DNA from: a virus
Length of the DNA stretch: 27,355 bases
Virus record (IMG/VR): IMGVR_UViG_3300045988_120747
Coordinates: 1-27,355 of that record
Direction: 5' to 3' (one strand)
Shown here: one piece after another, positions 14,011 through 21,919 of the stretch
Layout: the number at the start of each line of letters is the position of its first letter
How positions within the stretch are numbered: the first letter of the stretch is position 1
Position numbers and translations under genes: made by a program
The notes under the pieces: model-generated
The model's input: only the letters and a program-made list of their open reading frames with translations
Told to the model about the DNA's origin: nothing
Databases searched by the model: none

Positions 14011-14371
14011 GGGAGTAGAACAGGCTACGCTATTCTCCTGGGCGTCAATGCGCACTTACTGGTACCCGGAACTGGCCTTGATGTTCCACATCCCGAACGG
14101 CGGGAAGCGGAGCAAGGCCGAGGCCGGGCGCTTCCGCGCCGAGGGAGTGAAGTCCGGCGTGCCGGACATCTGCCTGCCGGTAGCCCGCTGCGGCTATCAC
14201 GGGCTGTTCATAGAGCTGAAGCGCCAGCACGGGAACAGAGCCACGAAGAACCAGAACACATGGCTTGCCGACCTGCGCGAGCAGGGCTACGCCGCTGCCG
14301 TGGCCTACGGCTGGGAGAAGGCGGCACAGATCATCACAGACTATATGGAGGAAGAGTATGAAAATAAATAA
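13955..14371 (+). CDS. VRR-NUC domain nuclease (PD-(D/E)xK fold)
   Basis: EGVEQATLFSWA....HIPNGGKRSKAEAGRFRAEGVKSGVPDICLPVARCGYHGLFIELKRQHGNRATKNQNTWLADLREQGY. The D...ExK core and spacing are typical of VRR-NUC. GGAGGG RBS. Confidence 0.85.
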   Translation: METTMTAASARKKMPCPTEGVEQATLFSWASMRTYWYPELALMFHIPNGGKRSKAEAGRFRAEGVKSGVPDICLPVARCGYHGLFIELKRQHGNRATKNQNTWLADLREQGYAAAVAYGWEKAAQIITDYMEEEYENK

Positions 14372-14957
14372 GATTGCCGGTATCTGCAAGCGCGCCGGGA
14401 TGATCAGACTCTACGATGAGCACACCGGAGATATACAGTGGTGCGGCACGGATGCTGCTATATACCCGCTGTACTCTCTGCCGGTGCTTGACGGCAACAA
14501 TGTCGGCCCGGTGATGAACTTCTCCGACAAGGAGTTGAAGAACATCGTGGTCGAGCACGTGCGCATTCCTCTGCGCTACGACGTCAACGACACCGCCGAG
14601 GGCGAGAAGTATATCGGAGAGCCCATATTCCGGTTCGTTATAGGCAGCAATGTCTACAACGCCTACCAGCGTCCGGGAACGCTCGGTGTGCTGTTCATCA
14701 ATGCAGCGTACCTCAAGCCGCTGCTCGGCGGAGAGGATGACCCTGAACTATACCTCCGCAGCGAGAACAGTTTCACGGGCGAGTACATAGCCGTGAAGCA
14801 GGGGCTTATGCTTGCAGCAATCATAGAACCAGAGCTGGATATTCTGAGCGCGAGCCTTGTTAAGAACATCTTGGCATTTGCAAATGCGGTGCACAGCGAG
14901 ATCGACCGCATGGACGGCATCCCCGACACAGACCCGGAGACGGGCGAGATCGTATAA
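14358..14957 (+). CDS. Hypothetical protein (199 aa)
   Basis: ggaggaagagt precedes ATG 14358. The product begins MKINKIAGICKRAGMIRLYDEHTGDIQWCGTDAAIYPLYSLPVL... No domain recognised. Confidence 0.65.
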   Translation: MKINKIAGICKRAGMIRLYDEHTGDIQWCGTDAAIYPLYSLPVLDGNNVGPVMNFSDKELKNIVVEHVRIPLRYDVNDTAEGEKYIGEPIFRFVIGSNVYNAYQRPGTLGVLFINAAYLKPLLGGEDDPELYLRSENSFTGEYIAVKQGLMLAAIIEPELDILSASLVKNILAFANAVHSEIDRMDGIPDTDPETGEIV

Positions 14958-14963
14958 CGCGAG

Positions 14964-15842
14964 ATGGACAAAGAACAAACTGCAATGGAGCGGCTGCGGC
15001 TGGCGTCGGATATGTCGCTGCGCCTGTATCACCGTCCGCTGCTGCTGACCGACTCCGGCGGCAAGGACAGCGCCGTGATCTGCAAGCTCGCGGAGAATGC
15101 CGGAATCCCGTTTGAAATCGTCCACTCTCACACGACCGCCGACGCACCTGAGACCGTCTATCATGTCCGCATGCGTGCCAAAGAATACGAACTCAAAGGC
15201 GTTAGCTATACGATCCATTACCCCACGTATAAGGGCGAGCCTACAAGTATGTGGAAGCTCATACCCATTAAGCTCATGCCGCCGACACGGTTAGCCCGTT
15301 ACTGCTGCGCTGTGCTCAAGGAGACAACAGGCCGCGACAGGTTCATAGCGACCGGTGTGCGCTGGGCGGAGAGCACAGCACGGAAGAACAATCGCAGCAG
15401 TCTTGAAATAATCCACGCAGACCGGGAGAAGACCCTGCTGCTGAACAACGACAACGATGAAGATAGGCGGCTCTTCGAGACATGCGCGCTCAAGGGCAAG
15501 CGTGTCTGCAATCCTATCATCGACTGGCAGGAATCCGACGTGTGGGACTACCTCACAGATCAGCACGTCGAATGTAATCCACTGTACTGTGAGGGCTTGC
15601 GTCGAGTGGGCTGCGTTGGCTGCCCGATGGCGGGCAAAGCACGGAAAAAAGAGTTTGCCCGCTGGCCGAAGTTCCCGCAGATGTACATCAATGCGTTTGA
15701 CCGCATGCTCGCAGAGCGACAGCGCCGCGGCACGCTGGCCGGCTCATGGGGGATGGGCACTACCGGCGTTGACGTGTTCCACTGGTGGATGGAGGACGGC
15801 GTCCTGCCGGGGCAGTTCGAGATTGAGGAGGATGAACCGTGA
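14964..15842 (+). CDS. PAPS-reductase-family (adenine nucleotide alpha-hydrolase) protein, DndC/IbrA-like
   Basis: PP-loop motif LLLTDSGGKDSAV. A C-terminal Cys cluster: CNPIIDW...CNPLYCEGLRRVGCVGCPMA. Confidence 0.8.
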   Translation: MDKEQTAMERLRLASDMSLRLYHRPLLLTDSGGKDSAVICKLAENAGIPFEIVHSHTTADAPETVYHVRMRAKEYELKGVSYTIHYPTYKGEPTSMWKLIPIKLMPPTRLARYCCAVLKETTGRDRFIATGVRWAESTARKNNRSSLEIIHADREKTLLLNNDNDEDRRLFETCALKGKRVCNPIIDWQESDVWDYLTDQHVECNPLYCEGLRRVGCVGCPMAGKARKKEFARWPKFPQMYINAFDRMLAERQRRGTLAGSWGMGTTGVDVFHWWMEDGVLPGQFEIEEDEP

Positions 15843-16390
15843 CTGATATCAAGCCATTCCCGGATAAACTATTCCGCACAATCTACATAGATCCGCCGTG
15901 GCCAGAACGGGGCGGCGGCAAAATCAAGCGCGGCGCAGACCGGCACTACAACCTGATGTCTGTTGCTGAAATTAAGGCGCTGCCGATTGCCCGGCTCGCA
16001 GACCCTGACGGGTGTCACCTGTACTGCTGGGCAACAAACAATTATCTACCAGCCGCCATTGAGTGCGTGAAAACGTGGGGCTTTGAGTATGTAACAGTGG
16101 TAACGTGGATGAAAGACCGTCAAGGGCTTGGACAGTATTACCGCGGCTCCACAGAGCATTGCATATTTGCCACGACGAAGAAGCGCCTGCCATACAAAGT
16201 TTCTCCTGAAGGCAAACGCTGTCAGGGGAAAACGGGATTCTACGCACCAAAAACAATTCACAGTCGAAAACCAGATGAGATGCGCCGGATGATAGAGCTT
16301 GTGAGTTACGCACCGCGCATAGAGATTTTTGCGAGAGAACAATTCACCGGCTGGGATGCCTGGGGAAACGAAGTGGAGGAACTGACATGA
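15839..16390 (+). CDS. MT-A70-family N6-adenine DNA methyltransferase (GTG start)
   Basis: Catalytic motif IYIDPPWPE, plus LYCWATNNYL, TWMKD and HSRKPDEM. gaggagg RBS 7 nt upstream. GTGA overlap with the upstream stop. Confidence 0.9.
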   Translation: MTDIKPFPDKLFRTIYIDPPWPERGGGKIKRGADRHYNLMSVAEIKALPIARLADPDGCHLYCWATNNYLPAAIECVKTWGFEYVTVVTWMKDRQGLGQYYRGSTEHCIFATTKKRLPYKVSPEGKRCQGKTGFYAPKTIHSRKPDEMRRMIELVSYAPRIEIFAREQFTGWDAWGNEVEELT

Positions 16391-16695
16391 CATACGAAGA
16401 GATCATTGAAGCTCTGCGCGTTTGCGGCAGGGGAGAGTGCGACGGGTGCCTGACGCCTGAACAAGCGTGCGGCGCGCTGTGCACCGAGGCCGCATCCGCC
16501 CTTGAGAATCTGGTAGAACTGGCAAGAGAGAACAATAAGAGGGAGGACGAAGCAGAAGAGCATGCCGCGAACCTCAAGCATAACCTTGCCTGCAAGCAGA
16601 CGGAGAACAACATTCTGCGTTCAGAGCTGCGCCGCATGTTCCAGCTCTATGTAGCCGCGGAGATGCGGGCGGACACGGGCACAGAGGAGGATTGA
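16387..16695 (+). CDS. Hypothetical protein (102 aa) with an N-terminal Cys cluster and a coiled coil
   Basis: ATGA overlap. The product contains CGRGECDGCLTPEQACGALC. Confidence 0.55.
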   Translation: MTYEEIIEALRVCGRGECDGCLTPEQACGALCTEAASALENLVELARENNKREDEAEEHAANLKHNLACKQTENNILRSELRRMFQLYVAAEMRADTGTEED

Positions 16696-16697
16696 CC

Positions 16698-16940
16698 ATG
16701 CCTATATACTACGAAGCCAAAGCATTAGAGCGGGCGATAGACACCGCACCGAGGATAACCCCGAGCACGAAGTCTGTGTTGAAGAAGATCATACGCAGCG
16801 CGCCGGTGGCGGATGTTGTTAAGGTGACCCGCTGCAAGGACTGCAAGCATTACATAGGGCTTGCCGAGTGTGAATTTGTAGGACATTTCAGCGGTGGCAC
16901 GGATTACTTTTGTGCTGACGGAGAAAGGAAAACAACATGA
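16698..16940 (+). CDS. Hypothetical Cys-containing protein (80 aa)
   Basis: gaggagg lies 7 nt before ATG 16698. The product contains RCKDCKHY...CEF....FCADGE. Confidence 0.55.
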   Translation: MPIYYEAKALERAIDTAPRITPSTKSVLKKIIRSAPVADVVKVTRCKDCKHYIGLAECEFVGHFSGGTDYFCADGERKTT

Positions 16941-17401
16941 GACTTACGTCAAATACTCCACAAGGTAATTTGGAACAGTCGCTGAATCTGTTCTATGCCA
17001 AAGACGGCGAAACGTGGGTGCGCGGATACGGAGAGAATGGCACAGACATCGCCCTGCTTGATTTAATGCGAAAGCTTATATGCCGATATATGGAACCAGA
17101 CGCGATTCCGGAAACCATGTCTGATGAGGATGTTATGTTTGCAATGGTGGATTGGCTGCATGGCGGAACCGATAGCATGGAGGGCGTGTTAGCACTTCTC
17201 TATCTTGCGGGGTGGGTATGCGCGGAGCTGCGCGAAGTCCTCAAACGCTTTGAGGACAAGGAGAACGCCAATGGCCGATGGGTTCCGTTCCACAGTCAGG
17301 CCGCGGGGAATATTTGGTACTGCTCTGCTTGCGAAATTGGATTTGCTGCACAGATGAAATACTGCCCCAACTGCGGCGCGAGAATGGACGGCGGAAACTG
17401 A
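16937..17401 (+). CDS. Hypothetical protein with a C-terminal zinc ribbon (154 aa)
   Basis: ATGA overlap. The C-terminus is YCSACEIGFAAQMKYCPNCGARMDGGN. Confidence 0.6.
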   Translation: MRLTSNTPQGNLEQSLNLFYAKDGETWVRGYGENGTDIALLDLMRKLICRYMEPDAIPETMSDEDVMFAMVDWLHGGTDSMEGVLALLYLAGWVCAELREVLKRFEDKENANGRWVPFHSQAAGNIWYCSACEIGFAAQMKYCPNCGARMDGGN

Positions 17402-17420
17402 GAATGGAGGGAAGTAGTAG

Positions 17421-17720
17421 ATGCGACCGATTGATGCCGACGCGCTCATAGAGAATCATTTCTCTGATGACCACAGGATAGCGCTTTCACATGCGGACAA
17501 GGTATGGATGCGCAAGATTATAAACGACTCGCCAACACTTGAGCATATCCCTACGCAGCACAGCCGCTGGTTTAGGCCTTATATCAGCTGGCTGCGACCG
17601 CTCAAAATCAAGAACCCGTATTGTTTTTGCTTGAACTGCGTGTATGCAGTAAAGGCAAAGAAGATAACAAAGTATTGCCCCGACTGCGGCGCGAAGATGG
17701 ATTTGGAGGCGGGTGTATGA
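17421..17720 (+). CDS. Hypothetical protein with a C-terminal zinc ribbon (99 aa)
   Basis: ggaggg RBS. The C-terminus is FCLNCVYAVKAKKITKYCPDCGAKMD. Confidence 0.6.
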   Translation: MRPIDADALIENHFSDDHRIALSHADKVWMRKIINDSPTLEHIPTQHSRWFRPYISWLRPLKIKNPYCFCLNCVYAVKAKKITKYCPDCGAKMDLEAGV

Positions 17721-18298
17721 AAGCAGTTTTAATCAGCATACGCCCGGAGTGGTGTGAGAAGATCGCGAGCGGCAAGAAGACAATCGAGGTACGGAAAACG
17801 CGCCCGAAGCTGGAAACGCCGTTAAAGTGCTACATCTACTGCACACTACCCAGGTACCCGCATGAGGACTTCATTGAAGCGGATTATCCGAAGCCACAGT
17901 TTTACGGCGGCGGAAAGGTCATCGGGGAGTTTGTATGCGACTGGATTTACCAATACTCATCGGCAGACCATTTATATGGTGTGGACATTTCTCACGAAGA
18001 CATGGCGCGTCAGTCTTGCTTAACAAGGAAGCAGATTGAAGCTTATGAACTGAAAAATGTTCCGGAAGAAGGATATGGCTATTTCGGCGTATTCGGCTGG
18101 CACATCTCTGGACTAAAGGTCTACGACAAACCGCGTGAGCTGAGCCGGTTCGTCAAGCCGTATGATGCCAAGGCATGTCCGAAGCCGACAGTGATAGAGT
18201 GCGGAGACTGCACGAAGTGTTATCTAAAGCGCGCCCCGCAAAGCTGGTGCTATGTGGAGGAGCAAAGAAAGGATGACAGCAGAAATGATAGCGTATGA
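17717..18298 (+). CDS. ASCH-domain (PUA-like fold) protein
   Basis: MKAVLISIRPEWCEKIASGKKTIEVRKTRPK is the typical ASCH N-terminus. ATGA overlap with the upstream stop. The earlier ORF-track start at 17621 lies inside the previous gene. Confidence 0.7.
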   Translation: MKAVLISIRPEWCEKIASGKKTIEVRKTRPKLETPLKCYIYCTLPRYPHEDFIEADYPKPQFYGGGKVIGEFVCDWIYQYSSADHLYGVDISHEDMARQSCLTRKQIEAYELKNVPEEGYGYFGVFGWHISGLKVYDKPRELSRFVKPYDAKACPKPTVIECGDCTKCYLKRAPQSWCYVEEQRKDDSRNDSV

Positions 18299-18428
18299 AT
18301 GTCGTTGGAATCAGGATGAAATCTGCACTAATGCAGACTGCCCCATGTGCTGTGATTTCTGCCCCGTGCCGGACACGCCGGACGTCTGCAAGCACGAGGA
18401 CAGATACGAGTTAACGTACGCAGACTAA
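18273..18428 (+). CDS. Cys-rich micro-protein (51 aa)
   Basis: ggaggagcaaagaaagg precedes the ATG. Product: MTAEMIAYECRWNQDEICTNADCPMCCDFCPVPDTPDVCKHEDRYELTYAD*. Confidence 0.45.
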   Translation: MTAEMIAYECRWNQDEICTNADCPMCCDFCPVPDTPDVCKHEDRYELTYAD

Positions 18429-18453
18429 CGAGATAAAGGAGAAAGGAAGACAA

Positions 18454-18846
18454 ATGACATACATTATCAATCCCATGTGGTTTTACTGGCTTAGCGTTGC
18501 AGACAAAATCTGCAGGGGCACTTGCTCGCTTGCTATTCTGCTGGCTATCTTTTCGGCTGCTGCATACATCGCGGCAGCGGCTCTCAAATTTAATGCGCTT
18601 GACGACGAAGGATTCGACAGAAAATGTTCTGCTTACATAGTCGGAGCCAAAGTGCAAAGAGTCGCGACCGTACTTGCTGTCCTTACTGTAATCCTGTTTG
18701 CAATTTCCGCTTTTATTCCATCGAGAGAAACGCTGATTGAAATGCAAATAGCGAGATTCGCTACGGTTGAAAATGCCGAGTGGGCATTGGACGCTGTTAA
18801 AAGCGCTACGGACTATATCGTGTCGGCAATAAAGGAGCTGCAATGA
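18454..18846 (+). CDS. Membrane protein (130 aa, 2-3 TM)
   Basis: aaggagaaagg RBS. Hydrophobic segments: CSLAILLAIFSAAAYIAAAAL and VATVLAVLTVILFAISAFI. Confidence 0.65.
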   Translation: MTYIINPMWFYWLSVADKICRGTCSLAILLAIFSAAAYIAAAALKFNALDDEGFDRKCSAYIVGAKVQRVATVLAVLTVILFAISAFIPSRETLIEMQIARFATVENAEWALDAVKSATDYIVSAIKELQ

Positions 18847-19184
18847 GTAAAAGCGGATTGCTCGCCCGGCAGAAGGCCGAACGCGAACTGTGGACGATTA
18901 AAGTGATCGCCTACACCGAGCAGCAGACGCTTGATGCGGTGTGCCTCGCACTCGCTGAGGGCTTCGGGTTCGGTGAGGAGCGGCTGAAGCGCTTCCACGA
19001 TGCGTTCAATGCCAAGTACGCGGAGATCCGCGAGTTGGAAAAGGGCGACACCAAGGATAACGAGTATGCCATTACCAAGCAGGAGGCCGCGCTCAAGGCA
19101 GCCTGTGGTAAGTACTATTCGCCTCGCGAGGTGCGATATGATATCAAGATCGTCACGCGAGACGGCAAGCAACACAAGTTGTGA
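18843..19184 (+). CDS. Hypothetical protein (113 aa)
   Basis: ATGA overlap. No domain recognised. Confidence 0.6.
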   Translation: MSKSGLLARQKAERELWTIKVIAYTEQQTLDAVCLALAEGFGFGEERLKRFHDAFNAKYAEIRELEKGDTKDNEYAITKQEAALKAACGKYYSPREVRYDIKIVTRDGKQHKL

Positions 19185-19207
19185 TAAGGAAGCATAAAGT
19201 AGATTGT

Positions 19208-19236
19208 AAGGTGCTGCCGGTCAGCGGCAGCACCTT
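19208..19236. other. Perfect 12-bp-stem hairpin (no T-run)
   Basis: aaggtgctgccg-gtcag-cggcagcacctt. Confidence 0.6.
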
Positions 19237-19269
19237 AGAGCCCACTTTGAGGCGGAGGATATTGAAAAA

Positions 19270-19295
19270 GCAAACGCGCGCGCACGCGCGTTTGC
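19270..19295. other. Perfect 11-bp GC-rich hairpin preceded by A5 (terminator-like on the minus strand)
   Basis: aaaaa-gcaaacgcgcg-cgca-cgcgcgtttgc. Confidence 0.6.
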
Positions 19296-19354
19296 GAGCT
19301 CGGTAAGAGCCTAAGTAATCCGCCATTCTTTATTTAGATAAAAAGGAGCGCACC

Positions 19355-20182
19355 ATGAAGGACGGATATTGGGTAGTCAGAACATACGAAGCCGGGCAGG
19401 TCGGCGAGAAGACGAAGTACTTCGTTCTCGGTGATCGCACCCGGCGCAACAGACGCAAGGAAGAATCCAGCATCAAGAAGCAGGAGCAGAATGAATACTC
19501 CACGAAGAAGCGCCTTGCCCGTCTCATCAATGCGAACTTTACACACGGAGATATCCTCCTCGGTCTTGACTACTCCGATGCATCATACAAGAAGCTCGAA
19601 CGCTCCGCTCGGAAAGCTGCCCCGGATTATGACAGCCTGCCCGAAGAGGATCAGCTGCGCTGCATCCGTGAAGCTGCCACCCAGGAGATGGCGAACTATC
19701 TCCGCAGGGTGAAGCGTGCTCTCGAAAAAGAATGCCGCGCCGATGAGCTAAAGTACGTAGCGATCACATCCGACATGGACGGCGACACAAAGGAGACCGT
19801 GCGCGTTCATCATCACCTGATAGTCCCGGCCTCATGCGAGCACATCATCCGCGTGAAGTGGGGACACGGCGGCACGTACTGCAAGCCCCTGAGCAAGCAG
19901 GAAGATTACCTGCCGATCGCCGAGTATCTGATAGCCCAGGTGCGCGGGACGCTCAACGCAAAGAAGTTCGTATCGTCACGCAATCTTATCCGCCCGCAGC
20001 CGAAAGACCGCGTAGCCGTGAGCGACGCCGAGATCAGAGTGCCCCGCAACTGCAAGCTCATTCAGCGTGCAGAGTATAAGCGCGGCGCACCTCAGTACAT
20101 CCGTTACATCCTGCCGGAGAAGAAAGCAGCAGACATAAGCAGCAGCGGCGGAGAGCCCGCCGCAGAAAGGAGCGAGACATGA
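19355..20182 (+). CDS. Possible HUH-superfamily (rolling-circle Rep-like) protein; otherwise hypothetical
   Basis: Three ordered motifs resemble Rep motifs I-III: DILLGLDY, TVRVHHHLIV (HUH-like) and YLPIAEYLIAQV (Tyr), followed by SSRNLIRP. aaaaggag RBS. The assignment is from memory of similar Firmicute proteins, not from a search. Confidence 0.4.
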   Translation: MKDGYWVVRTYEAGQVGEKTKYFVLGDRTRRNRRKEESSIKKQEQNEYSTKKRLARLINANFTHGDILLGLDYSDASYKKLERSARKAAPDYDSLPEEDQLRCIREAATQEMANYLRRVKRALEKECRADELKYVAITSDMDGDTKETVRVHHHLIVPASCEHIIRVKWGHGGTYCKPLSKQEDYLPIAEYLIAQVRGTLNAKKFVSSRNLIRPQPKDRVAVSDAEIRVPRNCKLIQRAEYKRGAPQYIRYILPEKKAADISSSGGEPAAERSET

Positions 20183-20520
20183 AGAACAAAAGCAACATAG
20201 TTCACGATCGACTTTGCACAGATTGCTACCGGAAGCTGGAGACGCTGTTCACCCTGCACGATATTCCGCCCATCCGTCAGCGCGGAGGCCGGGGCAAGTG
20301 CGGCCTGTGTGATTTCCGCGGGGAGCTGACAGAAATCGAGTACGACAGAGTGAAAGACAAGCGTTCACCGGAAGAGCGGGCGCGGCTGCGCGCGGAGCTG
20401 AACGCCCCGCCGAAGACCCGCGAGGAGATCAGGCACCGGGAAGAACCGGCGCCGGCACCGAAGGACTACGGATTCACGCAGCAGACGTTCCTCGACCTCG
20501 CCGCGATGGACAAGCTTTGA
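20179..20520 (+). CDS. Hypothetical protein with a CxxC...CxxC motif (113 aa)
   Basis: ATGA overlap. The product contains LCTDCYRKL....KCGLCDF. Confidence 0.55.
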   Translation: MKNKSNIVHDRLCTDCYRKLETLFTLHDIPPIRQRGGRGKCGLCDFRGELTEIEYDRVKDKRSPEERARLRAELNAPPKTREEIRHREEPAPAPKDYGFTQQTFLDLAAMDKL

Positions 20521-20537
20521 CAGGAGGGCGGGGGTAG

Positions 20538-20948
20538 ATGAGTAAAACGCGGTACAAGTGGTGGGGGTTTGTGAAATCTATCATCCGGGCATATCCGGCG
20601 CATTGCAGTGAACTTAAGGCGCTCCGAGCGCAAACGATCACGGCAAGATACGGGGCATCAACCGGGGGCAGCAGCGATACGCAGCGCACTGCGGAGTCTG
20701 TCGCGCTTCGAGAACTTCCACCTGAGGACATGCGCGAATATCGAGCAGTGGAGGCGGCGCTCCTGGCAACGCGCCGAAACTGCGCGACGGCTGCGGAGCG
20801 CACGAGACTTATCAGCATGGTTTTCTTCGAGCAGACGCACACCTTACAGGGCGCGGCGCTCGCCTTGAATGTGTCATACGGAACGGCCAAGAATTGGCAC
20901 AACGATTTTATCAAGCTCACGGCAAAAAAATACGGCCTGAATGTTTAG
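20538..20948 (+). CDS. RinA/ArpU-like late transcriptional activator (sigma-70 region-4-like HTH)
   Basis: The C-terminus TRLISMVFFEQTHTLQGAALALNVSYGTAKNWHNDFIKLTAKKYGL is a typical HTH of this class. It lies immediately upstream of the HNH and terminase genes. Confidence 0.6.
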   Translation: MSKTRYKWWGFVKSIIRAYPAHCSELKALRAQTITARYGASTGGSSDTQRTAESVALRELPPEDMREYRAVEAALLATRRNCATAAERTRLISMVFFEQTHTLQGAALALNVSYGTAKNWHNDFIKLTAKKYGLNV

Positions 20949-21177
20949 CCAAAAAAGCCGTGAACAAGAGGTATGATATATATGCTCAGAAAGCGGCGGG
21001 AGATGAAAGAACCGCCGTCAGACAGCTCATGGGTTCCATCTCGCCCATGGCGCGATTCTGTCTCCCGCGGGATTAAAATTATGAAATGCAGACACGATGA
21101 ACAATATCTGTCGCGCATGGCTGCCGGTATCCTTTGCCGACGATGCGGCCAGCGCTTCATAGATGACATGGCGTTGA

Positions 21178-21459
21178 ATGCCGACCGGTACAATGGACAT
21201 AACGAACGAGTACAAAACCGCACGATGGAAAAGAACCAGAGAAAAAATCCTGAGGCGTGATATGTATATGTGCCGAGAGTGCAGACGCTACGGCCGTCTC
21301 ACCGAAGCAACCGAGGTGCATCACATCAGGCACGCCGACGCGGCGCCTGAGCTTTTCTACACGGAGAGCAATCTCGTGAGCCTCTGCAAAAAATGCCACA
21401 ATAAGCAGCACCCGGAAAAAGCCAAAAATCGATCCAATTCCGATAGAGGGAAATATTGA
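21178..21459 (+). CDS. HNH endonuclease (packaging-associated)
   Basis: YKTARWKRTREKILRRDMYMCRECRRYGRLTEATEVHHIRH....NLVSLCKKCHNKQH. The start could be ATG 21178 or ATG 21193; neither has a clear RBS. Confidence 0.85.
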   Translation: MPTGTMDITNEYKTARWKRTREKILRRDMYMCRECRRYGRLTEATEVHHIRHADAAPELFYTESNLVSLCKKCHNKQHPEKAKNRSNSDRGKY

Positions 21460-21520
21460 TACCCCGCCCCGGTACGCGCGCCCGCGTATCGCGCGCGCTT
21501 AATGGCGGGGGTAGCTTTCT
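21460..21520. other. GC-rich nested inverted repeats between HNH and terS (candidate cos/packaging region)
   Basis: taccccgcc...ggcgggggta encloses tacgcg-cgcc-cgcgta and a gcgcgcgc run. It is the only such GC-rich structured non-coding stretch in the window. Confidence 0.35.
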
Positions 21521-21559
21521 CCAACTCTAAGGATTTTTACAGAAAGGGGGTAAACGCGA

Positions 21560-21919
21560 ATGACACGAAAAAAATGGCGGGAAGCCATATTGAACGATAT
21601 GCGGCAGCTCGACATAGATTCAACCGGGTTTGACATCACGATAAACCTTGCCGCCGATACGCTCTATGAGCTCGATCGGGCACGCACCGCATACAAGAAA
21701 AGCGGCTCTATCGCCGTGATAGAGCACACGAACAAAAACGGGAGCACCAACAAAGCAAAGAACCCGGAATTGACAATCGTCCTTGACCTCAAATCCAAAG
21801 CCCGTGAATTTCTGGCCGAGCTTGGCCTGACCCCCGCCGCACAAAAGCGGTTGACAAACGATGCCCCCAAAAAGGAGAAGCTCAGTCCGCTGGCCAAAGC
21901 GCTGAGCGAGATAAAATGA
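21560..21919 (+). CDS. terS: Terminase small subunit, P27 family
   Basis: About 120 aa. The pattern W......L.....G.D....L..Y......A......G.....TNKNGSTNKAKNPELTIVLDL..KAREFLAELGLTPAAQ is typical of P27-type TerS. It lies directly upstream of terL. Confidence 0.8.
   Translation: MTRKKWREAILNDMRQLDIDSTGFDITINLAADTLYELDRARTAYKKSGSIAVIEHTNKNGSTNKAKNPELTIVLDLKSKAREFLAELGLTPAAQKRLTNDAPKKEKLSPLAKALSEIK

Noticed and set aside
14748-16393. Several 90-156-aa minus-strand and alternate-frame ORFs over the PAPS-reductase and MT-A70 genes
   Set aside because: They overlap genes with unambiguous catalytic motifs (SGGKDS, DPPW). Their composition is antisense-like.
20973-21260. 95-aa + strand ORF (containing MKCRHDEQYLSRMAAGILCRRCGQRF...) overlapping the start of the HNH gene; considered as a separate zinc-finger gene or a frameshifted HNH N-terminus
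   Set aside because: It has no RBS. Its 3' third overlaps the conserved YKTARWKRTRE start of the HNH gene and reads as low-complexity sequence. A short real peptide, or a remnant of a longer HNH N-terminus, cannot be excluded without homology searches.
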